From: a virus
IMG/VR virus record: IMGVR_UViG_3300001041_000002
Location: 37,420 to 101,419 of that record
Length of the DNA: 64,000 bases
Direction: 5' to 3' (one strand)
The translations under genes were made by a program, and so were the position numbers. Every line of letters starts with the position of its first letter. Positions within the stretch are counted from its first letter, which is position 1. This document shows positions 1 to 7,226 of the stretch, piece after piece. The notes beneath the pieces were generated by a model. It was not told where the DNA came from and did no database searches. It saw nothing but the letters and a program-made list of their open reading frames with translations.

Positions 1-44
1 ACAGATAAAGACGAGTAAATCTTAATAATTAACAACTATAATCA

Positions 45-191
45 ATGGCACGAAAATTCCACAGTGTTGTCAGACTGTCAAACAGGACGGCAATAGAATT
101 CGATGTATTCGCTTCGAGTAAAATTGAAGCAAACAAAAGTATTGTAAGCCATTTCAATAATGGCAAGATTCAATCCATTAAAACCTATTAA
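45..191 (+). CDS. small hypothetical protein (48 aa)
   Basis: ATG45..TAA191 read by hand (MARKFHSVV...), with an A-rich leader; below the ORF-track cutoff. Confidence 0.55.
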   Translation: MARKFHSVVRLSNRTAIEFDVFASSKIEANKSIVSHFNNGKIQSIKTY

Positions 192-193
192 TC

Positions 194-346
194 ATGACAA
201 GTAAATTAAAATTATCCGTCATAATAGGGTTATTTCTCTCTGTATGTAGTATAATTTCAATTTACCATGAGTCTTATGTGGCAGCTTTCGTGCTGTTAAT
301 TATTCTTGTAGTATCAGTCGACACAATTTACAGAAGAATCAAATGA
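194..346 (+). CDS. small membrane protein
   Basis: ATG194..TGA346 with two hydrophobic stretches; ATGA overlap with the next ORF. Confidence 0.55.
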   Translation: MTSKLKLSVIIGLFLSVCSIISIYHESYVAAFVLLIILVVSVDTIYRRIK

Positions 347-516
347 CCCTATTAATCATCGTTATCAGTTGGATTGCCTTGGGTTGTTTCAATGTGTTCA
401 AGCTCTATCAATCAGAGAAATGTGCTGACATAATTGAAACACTCTTTGCAATGCTATTAGCGCCTTTTTACACTATTTTAGCGTTTATAATTATCTTCAT
501 CATTAAAAAGTGGTAG
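343..516 (+). CDS. small membrane protein
   Basis: ATG343..TAG516, hydrophobic, coupled by an ATGA overlap. Confidence 0.5.
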   Translation: MTLLIIVISWIALGCFNVFKLYQSEKCADIIETLFAMLLAPFYTILAFIIIFIIKKW

Positions 517-552
517 TTTATAAGTATTAACAAAAGCAAATAAATAAACAAA

Positions 553-1023
553 ATGAAAGCAAAATTAAGTAATTATTATCGTAAGCCAGGTGGAACTATG
601 GTTTTCGTGTACATCGTTATTGGTACAGACGTTGAATTGGCAAATTTCAAAGCCGCTAAAGAAAAAGAAGTTACCGGCAGTGGTAAATCAGCTTATGTTG
701 AAAACGAGGCCCGACAACCACTATTCTTCAGTACTCGTCCATTAAGCACCAATCGTGCAGAGTTAATACCATTGACCATCACTACCACTGGTAGGGTTGT
801 TGCCGACGATTTAACCAAAGTGTTGACGCAAGAGGCCAAGCTTGATGATTATATCATGCAAGAAAAAGCCAAAATTATGGCTAAAGCCGCATTGTCCGGT
901 GGGTTGAACAACTTAACCGATCTTACTTCAACTCGTCCGGTTGCCACAGAGCAAGAGGTTGAAGAGGTATTAAACGGCGCAATTGACACTCCGGTTGAGG
1001 TTGCTGACAATGTGCCATCATAA
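553..1023 (+). CDS. hypothetical early protein
   Basis: 156-aa ORF with an A-rich Bacteroidota-style leader. Confidence 0.75.
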   Translation: MKAKLSNYYRKPGGTMVFVYIVIGTDVELANFKAAKEKEVTGSGKSAYVENEARQPLFFSTRPLSTNRAELIPLTITTTGRVVADDLTKVLTQEAKLDDYIMQEKAKIMAKAALSGGLNNLTDLTSTRPVATEQEVEEVLNGAIDTPVEVADNVPS

Positions 1024-1031
1024 GAAGTAAA

Positions 1032-1084
1032 ATAATATGGGTGCCGCAAAGGATTAAATGGACAGCAAATCCAGCCCATATTAT
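1032..1084 (+). ncRNA. stem-closed structured element A
   Basis: ATAATATGGGT(1032-1042)/GCCCATATTAT(1074-1084) terminal stem; inner GGATT/AATCC hairpin; directly 5' of tRNA-Ile. Confidence 0.5.
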
Positions 1085-1090
1085 GATCAT

Positions 1091-1164
1091 TGCCAATTAA
1101 CTCAGTTGGTCAGAGTTCTAAGCTTATACCTTAGCGGTCACTGGTTCAAGTCCAGTATTGGCAA
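1091..1164 (+). tRNA. tRNA-Ile(UAU)
   Basis: Acceptor TGCCAAT/ATTGGCA, D stem ACTC/GAGT, anticodon arm CTAAG-CTTATAC-CTTAG, T arm ACTGG-TTCAAGT-CCAGT, discriminator A; CCA not encoded. Confidence 0.92.
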
Positions 1165-1288
1165 CAAATAATAACATTTTAAAACAATAACTATGAATAC
1201 AGAATTAATTGCATTTTTAATAGGTGTTGTTATAGGCATATTTATAGCAATATTATGGATATCGGAAAAAAAATAACACTCCAGCGGC

Positions 1289-1546
1289 ATGAAAGACTAT
1301 GAAAAGAAAATTAATGATTTTTCATTTAGCTATGCATCATCATTTAAAGAAAATAATGATCAAAGATTAGTTAGAGATGCAGTAAGGGCTGGGGCCAAGT
1401 CAGAAGCAGCTAAAGAATTTCATCAGCAAGGTATGCATACTGAAGAAAATATGTATTTGAATATGCAATACTACATGGAATATTGTGAAAGAAATGGATA
1501 TACAACTCCAATGGATTGGATTAAAAATCATAAACATTTTAAATGA
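1289..1546 (+). CDS. hypothetical protein
   Basis: 85-aa ORF. Confidence 0.65.
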   Translation: MKDYEKKINDFSFSYASSFKENNDQRLVRDAVRAGAKSEAAKEFHQQGMHTEENMYLNMQYYMEYCERNGYTTPMDWIKNHKHFK

Positions 1547-1869
1547 AAAAACTCTTCACCATAATAATTATGACATTGATATTATCATCATGTGCTAGTT
1601 TTAATAAAGCGGCTAAATACCCTAAAGGCACACAAGAAAACACGGATTGGAGGATTAATAAGTTATGAGTAAATTCAATCCATATTGCGGAGAAGAATAT
1701 GAATATCACTCAATATCAGATGATGAATGGTGAAGTTCGTATTTAGAATGGTGTGATGAAAATCTTAATGATGATTAACCATGAAATCATATACTTGCGC
1801 TATATGTAAATGTACATATACGGGGATAGTTTGTCCTAATTGCGGATCAATAGTAACATCAGAATAATT

Positions 1870-2517
1870 ATGAATAGAAAACATAAAGTAATACTGCTTT
1901 CAGACAATAGAAATGCAAGATATAAAGACATTGTAACATCTCCTAGATACAAGAATAAAATACAGCTATTTGGGACATTTGAAAATAGTTATGAAAACGA
2001 ATGTAAAACTCAACATCTTTACATTATTTCTGATAAAGAAATTAAAGAAGGTAATTGGTTTGTTTCAAGCAAAACAATACATAAATGTACATACATTATT
2101 GAAGATACTAACGAAATAATGTGTAATATATGTGATGGAACTGGTTTTATTCAACTTGGAATAAAAACGAATAAATGTCATAAAATTATAGCCTCGACCA
2201 ACACCTCACTTAACCTTCCACAACTTTCTCAATCATTTATTACTAAATATATTGAAGAATATAACAAAAGTAATATTATTACCGAAGTTATGGTTGAATA
2301 TGATGAAGAACCAACTATTGATGGTGATTCTGACAAGTACGCCGAGTTACATATCAACTCTAAAGACAATACTATAATCATTAAAGATGCCAAGACTAAT
2401 TGGAGTAAAGACGAAATAATTGTTTTAATTAACAAGTTTGCAGAAAGATTTATGCCACACACAGACAAGGTGTTTGTTAAAGAAGCAATAAATAATTGGA
2501 TTAATAGAAATACATAA
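1870..2517 (+). CDS. hypothetical protein with CxxCxGxG zinc-finger-like motif
   Basis: Likely ATG at 1870; CNICDGTG motif. Confidence 0.7.
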   Translation: MNRKHKVILLSDNRNARYKDIVTSPRYKNKIQLFGTFENSYENECKTQHLYIISDKEIKEGNWFVSSKTIHKCTYIIEDTNEIMCNICDGTGFIQLGIKTNKCHKIIASTNTSLNLPQLSQSFITKYIEEYNKSNIITEVMVEYDEEPTIDGDSDKYAELHINSKDNTIIIKDAKTNWSKDEIIVLINKFAERFMPHTDKVFVKEAINNWINRNT

Positions 2518-2520
2518 CAT

Positions 2521-2629
2521 AACTATCAGGAGCCTAGATTTTGAATTTTTACGGTTAGTTTTAGGTTTTTTAAGGTTTGTTCATAGATGTCAATAAGTAC
2601 TTCATGTGTTTTATTGGCTCCTGGTAGTT
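2521..2629 (+). ncRNA. stem-closed structured element B (U-rich loop)
   Basis: AACTATCAGGAGCC/GGCTCCTGGTAGTT, 14 bp with one G.U pair; no ORF. Confidence 0.6.
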
Positions 2630-2640
2630 TTTAAAAACAT

Positions 2641-2814
2641 AAGACATAAATATCTGCATAAGACTCAAATGCGAGTTGAAAGGAGTTGCATAATGATTAG
2701 AATTGATCACTATTTGAGGCTGCAAATTTTATGCGCAGAATCCTGCTCTAAGTTGCAAATTAACAGGTTGGCTTAAGTAACCATCTAAAATTCTCGCTTA
2801 GATATTTATGTTTT
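2641..2814 (+). ncRNA. stem-closed structured element C
   Basis: AAGACATAAATATCT/AGATATTTATGTTTT, 15 bp with one G.U pair; internal hairpins. Confidence 0.6.
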
Positions 2815-2823
2815 TAATAATAC

Positions 2824-2926
2824 AACAACTAATACTACTTAGTCTGTTTTTATTGAAGCTATCAATCTAAACTTAAAGTACTGTCTGGTAACTCAGTGAT
2901 CCTGTATAGTCAGACTATTAGTTGTT
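2824..2926 (+). ncRNA. stem-closed structured element D
   Basis: AACAACTAAT/ATTAGTTGTT plus AGTCTG/CAGACT after a bulge. Confidence 0.55.
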
Positions 2927-2934
2927 TATAAGAT

Positions 2935-3051
2935 AATAACAATAACACTGTTTACGTATGGTTCGATTCCACGGGGCTCAAAATAGTGAAATAGTAATAA
3001 AGTAACTATAAAAGGGCAGCGCAATAGCTAAGAGGATAGCTTATTGTTATT
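2935..3051 (+). ncRNA. stem-closed structured element E with tRNA-like T-loop
   Basis: AATAACAATAA/TTATTGTTATT stem; GGTTCGATTCC at 2960-2970; GCTA-AGAGGA-TAGC hairpin at 3027-3040. Confidence 0.55.
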
Positions 3052-3216
3052 TTTAAAGATAATAACGCTCGAAATCACGAGTGTTTCTGTAATAAAGATA
3101 TAAACCGGTCAGCATCTAGTATGGATTTATCCAGAAGTTTCAATCCCGTCAGATATTGTATAAAAGCAGTTTTGGAGTGATTAAATGACTTAATTTAACA
3201 ATTAAAATAAAACATC

Positions 3217-3489
3217 ATGAGAGTAAATCAAGAATTAAGAATTCGTTGGAATCACAGTAGAAGTACTCGTGAAACAGTGTGTCAGATTTTAGATAACGAT
3301 GATAATGTCGTTGCAGCCGGTATTGCAAGAGCGTTCGTTAAAGACCCATTTTGTAAGGCCAAAGGCAGAAATGCTTCATTAACTAAAGCCTTAAAAGCTG
3401 AGAATGCTCATGGAGTAAAAAAGCTTAATAAAGAGGCCAGAACTCAGGTGTGGGCTGTTTGCCGTGAAAACCGTGTAAAACTATACTAA
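3217..3489 (+). CDS. hypothetical phage protein
   Basis: 90-aa ORF with a D-x-F-x-K-x-x-G-R motif seen in small phage proteins. Confidence 0.7.
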   Translation: MRVNQELRIRWNHSRSTRETVCQILDNDDNVVAAGIARAFVKDPFCKAKGRNASLTKALKAENAHGVKKLNKEARTQVWAVCRENRVKLY

Positions 3490-3665
3490 TGTCACAGAGA
3501 ATTCAAAACATATTATCAGCTCCAGCCAAGGTGCCAGTAATGATAAAGAAAGGTCGCAAAATGGTTCAGTTGACTAAGACTACTAAGAGCGGTCAGGTTA
3601 AGAACGTGTGGGAAGATAACCCAGACAGTAAAATCGTTAAACAAGTTAAACATTGGAAAGTCTAA
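3489..3665 (+). CDS. small basic hypothetical protein (58 aa)
   Basis: TAATG overlap; MSQRIQNILSAPAK... Confidence 0.6.
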   Translation: MSQRIQNILSAPAKVPVMIKKGRKMVQLTKTTKSGQVKNVWEDNPDSKIVKQVKHWKV

Positions 3666-3748
3666 TCATGTACACAAAAGAAGAATTAACTAAAATTATA
3701 GATGCCAGGATCAGAGATGATCAGAGTATTTTATACACAGAATAATTA

Positions 3749-3868
3749 AATAAATATAGCAAGTAGGATTAGACTCAAATCCAATACACATCGCTGCACA
3801 ACAACACTGAAAAGTGGCGGATCGGTTGAGTAACCACCGTAAACCTATGTGTTCTTGCTATATTTATT
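3749..3868 (+). ncRNA. stem-closed structured element F
   Basis: Perfect 15-bp AATAAATATAGCAAG/CTTGCTATATTTATT stem; inner CACT-GAAA-AGTG GNRA hairpin and GGAT-TAGACTCAA-ATCC. Confidence 0.65.
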
Positions 3869-4008
3869 AATATAAAATAATTACAATTGCCAGAGAGTTG
3901 GAATGGCTGAAGCCCGCTAGTACCGAAACGGGGCTGTAACAATAGAGCTAGCTTGAGAGATTGAGCTAGCTTGTTTTAAAAACATTAGCAAATTATAAAA
4001 TAATAAAA

Positions 4009-4197
4009 ATGGGATCAAACAGTAACAGATCTTTCTCAAAAGAAGAGAAAATTGGATATTATGCCCAAAAAATTTCATCAACAAGAGATACATCAAGCTC
4101 ATCTTTTCAATTGTCTACTGGGGCTAAAATTCGTGGAGAAATGGGTGTTAAAAAAGGCAATGCATTCATAGCTGCAATAAAAAATGCAAGTAGATAA
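4009..4197 (+). CDS. hypothetical protein
   Basis: 62-aa ORF with an A-rich leader. Confidence 0.6.
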   Translation: MGSNSNRSFSKEEKIGYYAQKISSTRDTSSSSFQLSTGAKIRGEMGVKKGNAFIAAIKNASR

Positions 4198-4229
4198 AAC
4201 AATCATTAACAAATTATAAAACAAAACAA

Positions 4230-4709
4230 ATGAAAAAACTAATTATTGGGTTATTATTTCTCACAATATCTTAAGTAGGATATACAGAGAATAAAGTGGA
4301 CGATGCAATTACCGCTGTAGATAACACTACAGAGATAGTGAATAAATCCACAAAAGAAGTGAATGCAACAGTTGTTTATTTCACAGAGAAGCTTGAAGAA
4401 CTCGCTAAGTCACTAAAAGTGCCAGCAGAACATGTTTATCAAATATTAGTTAAACAACAAATAGTGCAAGCATATACATCATTATTTGCTTTCTTTGGAT
4501 TATTATTATTTTGTTTAATTATAACCTATTTTTTTATAAAAGCCGATGGATTTGAAGATGATTCTTTTATAAATATTAGTGGATTTATATTAATATTAAT
4601 ATCAGGGATATTGGTATTAACTTGTGGAGCCAATTTTATTTTTAATGGATTTAGCGGTATTATCAACCCAGAATATGGTGCTATTAAAGAGATAATGTCG
4701 TTGTTTTAA
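4230..4709 (+). pseudogene. membrane protein with an in-frame TAA in its signal peptide (or a sequencing error)
   Basis: ATG4230 MKKLIIGLLFLTIS* (TAA 4272-4274) VGYTENKVDD... is in frame with ORF 4296-4709, which has two TM segments. Confidence 0.55.
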
Positions 4710-4717
4710 TAATAACA

Positions 4718-4908
4718 TAAAATACCCGATGAAGATAAACAATAGGGAAGATCGGTGAATTAACACCCATACGGCGGAGGATACGAACAAACGCAACCTA
4801 TAGTCATGCTAAGATGACGATGTTTATTGTAATACAGCCAAGGAGATAGTTAAAACTTCCCATTATTGTCAATTAAGCTGTTCCACTTAGAAATGGACGG
4901 GTATTTTA
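4718..4908 (+). ncRNA. stem-closed structured element G
   Basis: TAAAATACCCG/CGGGTATTTTA stem; internal GGGAAG/CTTCCC, GGTG/CACC, GTCAT/ATGAC, ACAGC/GCTGT and TCCA/TGGA pairings; directly 5' of tRNA-Tyr. Confidence 0.6.
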
Positions 4909-4915
4909 AATAAAT

Positions 4916-4996
4916 GGATAGACTGGTAAGTGGGTGAAATCAGCAGACTGTAAATCTGTCGCTTCGGCTATGGGCGTTCAAATCGCTCTCTATCCA
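4916..4996 (+). tRNA. tRNA-Tyr(GUA)
   Basis: GGATAGA/TCTATCC acceptor, GCAGA-CTGTAAA-TCTGT anticodon arm, long variable arm with GC-TTCG-GC, T loop TTCAAAT, discriminator A. Confidence 0.92.
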
Positions 4997-5019
4997 CAAA
5001 TCAAATTTTATGTAATATA

Positions 5020-5436
5020 ATGATATTAAAAACGAAAAACCCAGCATATATGTGTTGGAAGATGATGAAAAATAGATGCTCTAATCCAAATGATCCAAAA
5101 TTTAAAAACCATGGAGGCAGAGGAATAACTGTATGTAAAGAGTGGGTTGAATCATTTGATAGATTTATCCAAGACATAGGAGAAAGACCCGAAGGATATA
5201 CTATAGACAGAATTGACAATAACTTAGGATATTGCAAGGAAAATTGTAAATGGTCATCATATACAGAACAAAACAATAATAAAAACAACAATATACGATT
5301 AACATATAACGGTGAATGTAAAACTGTTTCTGAGTGGGCAAAACACTTAAATATGAATGTACAAACACTATTTTGGAGGATAAATAATAATAAAACGGTC
5401 TCTGAAATATTATTTAATCATACCCAGAAACAATAA
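5020..5436 (+). CDS. HNH-family homing endonuclease
   Basis: GGRGITVCKEW...TIDRIDNNLGYCKENCKW...EQNNN motif; inserted between two RNA genes. Confidence 0.85.
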   Translation: MILKTKNPAYMCWKMMKNRCSNPNDPKFKNHGGRGITVCKEWVESFDRFIQDIGERPEGYTIDRIDNNLGYCKENCKWSSYTEQNNNKNNNIRLTYNGECKTVSEWAKHLNMNVQTLFWRINNNKTVSEILFNHTQKQ

Positions 5437-5461
5437 TAATATTAAAATATACAATTTTTGT

Positions 5462-5735
5462 TGACGCTTATCGAAAGACCGAGTGAGACTCGATGGCAGT
5501 AATCGACTCCTCCACTTACGCACACCAATTGAACGCTAACCGGTCGCGTTAGAACCGTTCGATGGCAACTATTGAGTTGTAAAATAAGGGGGAGAAATAG
5601 TATTGATCAGCGGAATGATTAAATAAGAAGAGAAAATTGTAGCTCTCAAAGGGCAAAACTGTTGAACTTTACCGTGAAGTTGCTATTGCAGCTTAATTAG
5701 GTACGTTTCCTAGGGTGTACGAAAACACCCTAATC
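5462..5735 (+). ncRNA. ssrA: circularly permuted (two-piece) tmRNA
   Basis: Acceptor piece first: T arm TCGAT-GGCAGTA-ATCGA then CTCCTCC-A (5490-5514). Intervening segment 5515-5587. Coding piece starts GGGGGAG (5588), giving a G3.U70 pair. Tag frame 5652-5696 GKTVELYREVAIAA*. Outer ends are approximate. Confidence 0.85.
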
Positions 5736-5751
5736 TTTGAATTCATATATT

Positions 5752-6138
5752 ATGAAATATACAGAATCCGAAATCAGTCTGACTGTGCAAACAGAGGGCT
5801 GTCTTGCTTTACGAGGCAAGTACGAATCACACCCAAAACTTGATGATCAGGGTAATCCAGTGTTCTCAATTGAGCGTAATGCTAAAAATGAGATCGAAAG
5901 AAACCCAGTATTTCAAGTAAAAACAGTTCAATTACCCAAGTATCACAACTGTTCTATCGGAACCAAACTGAACAATCATTTTGTGCAGTGGGCTTTAAGC
6001 AATGAAAGTAAGCCGAAGACTTTGTCTGCCGGTTATTGGAATAAGATGTCTGATCGTCAGAGGCTACATTTTCACGTGACCAAATATGTGTCAGATTTGT
6101 ATGGTGATGCAAAATTCAATTACACAATCTTGGAATAA
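5752..6138 (+). CDS. hypothetical protein
   Basis: ORF, likely ATG at 5752. Confidence 0.7.
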   Translation: MKYTESEISLTVQTEGCLALRGKYESHPKLDDQGNPVFSIERNAKNEIERNPVFQVKTVQLPKYHNCSIGTKLNNHFVQWALSNESKPKTLSAGYWNKMSDRQRLHFHVTKYVSDLYGDAKFNYTILE

Positions 6139-6139
6139 T

Positions 6140-6355
6140 ATGAATCGAATTTGGAAAACTAAGGTTGAAATTCAGGTTGATAAAATTGTTTATCCAATAA
6201 ACAGCCTTTTAATAGCAGAAGATGTTGAAGTTTTTTATTTATTACATAAAGATGATCAGCTCGAAGATGTAACTTATATTGATCTTCAGGATTTTTCTGA
6301 TGTAATGGATGAACTTGGTATTGACGGAATTGACTTAATCTATTCTAATGAATAA
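6140..6355 (+). CDS. small acidic hypothetical protein
   Basis: Likely ATG at 6140. Confidence 0.6.
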   Translation: MNRIWKTKVEIQVDKIVYPINSLLIAEDVEVFYLLHKDDQLEDVTYIDLQDFSDVMDELGIDGIDLIYSNE

Positions 6356-7016
6356 AAATTACACTCATGATTTTAGCTCGGCTTCGATTAAACACTTAAT
6401 TGAGGCTGAGTTTTATCAAAAAGCTGGGGAGATGCTTGGCAATGCTGCATCAACAGTCACAATAGTTACAGGGCCGGATTATCAAAGACATCTTGACAAT
6501 GTTAATAAATATATTAAATGTAATAAAACTCGTATTTGTGAGATTAATACTGATATATTTATACACATATATACAGGGTGTAAAGATAAACCTAAAGTAT
6601 CTGTTGTTAATAATTCAGTTGAGTTGTATGGCTCCAGATTCATTGATTGTGATCTAACATGCACTTCTGATCTAGCAGTAATTAGGAATACTTTGTTTAA
6701 ACAAATTGATGTCCAAGCTGGATTTTCATGTGTAAATAAGGCTTTTATATTAAGCATTGGACTCAGGGGTTCTGAAAAAATGAAATACACTGAAATATTT
6801 AATAATATAATTGGATTACTTGGTGCATCTATACAGTCGCCAACTCCGCTATCTCAAAAGCAAATCATTAAATGCGATTTTGCCAACACGAAAAGTCCTG
6901 TTTATCAAAATAGACTTAAATTTCAGATGCTTAAGGGTAGGATTAAAGAATATATTTGTTATTCTTATAATGCTGGAGGAGGCCCAATGTTAACATGTTT
7001 AATTATTTACAAATAA
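6348..7016 (+). CDS. hypothetical protein, possibly a degenerate class I SAM-methyltransferase fold
   Basis: TIVTGP...RICEIN...FIDCDLTC strand pattern; weak. Confidence 0.5.
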   Translation: MNKNYTHDFSSASIKHLIEAEFYQKAGEMLGNAASTVTIVTGPDYQRHLDNVNKYIKCNKTRICEINTDIFIHIYTGCKDKPKVSVVNNSVELYGSRFIDCDLTCTSDLAVIRNTLFKQIDVQAGFSCVNKAFILSIGLRGSEKMKYTEIFNNIIGLLGASIQSPTPLSQKQIIKCDFANTKSPVYQNRLKFQMLKGRIKEYICYSYNAGGGPMLTCLIIYK

Positions 7017-7019
7017 CAT

Positions 7020-7226
7020 ATGAGAACACGTAAATCACCAACAGTTATACAAGGACAGATAGTATGTGGTCAGAAAGTGATTAATTTCATTAATAAACCA
7101 CTACATATCGTTAGCCTTGAACTTATCAGAACAGTTATGCCAAATGTTGGTAAAGTTACTGTTCGCAAAGAAGAGGAAGTTATCTATCACACAAGGGCTA
7201 GAAGGCCACAATTAGCAACAGTATGA
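7020..7226 (+). CDS. hypothetical protein
   Basis: ORF in a tightly packed operon. Confidence 0.6.
   Translation: MRTRKSPTVIQGQIVCGQKVINFINKPLHIVSLELIRTVMPNVGKVTVRKEEEVIYHTRARRPQLATV

Noticed and set aside
1032-1084. Theta/HDV-like ribozyme linked to a tRNA
   Set aside because: The element is 5' of the tRNA, and I cannot build the nested double pseudoknot.
1193-1292. A8 run in a small membrane ORF; losing one A would extend it to an ATGA overlap (phase variation?)
   Set aside because: It would add only a few residues, and A-runs are common in this AT-rich genome.
1665-1778. In-frame TGA in a tiny ORF (…DDEW*SSYLEW…), suggesting TGA or TAG recoding as in some crAss-like phages
   Set aside because: Single case. 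Many genes end in TGA (ATGA overlaps) or TAG, the 3600-aa ORF is open in the standard code, and no suppressor tRNA is seen.
2521-3200. CRISPR-like array
   Set aside because: The units have different inverted repeats, with no conserved direct repeat or uniform spacer length.
3905-3945. Possible hammerhead ribozyme (CTGA…GAAA…GTA)
   Set aside because: The core is CTGAAGC, not CUGANGA, and stems I and II cannot form.
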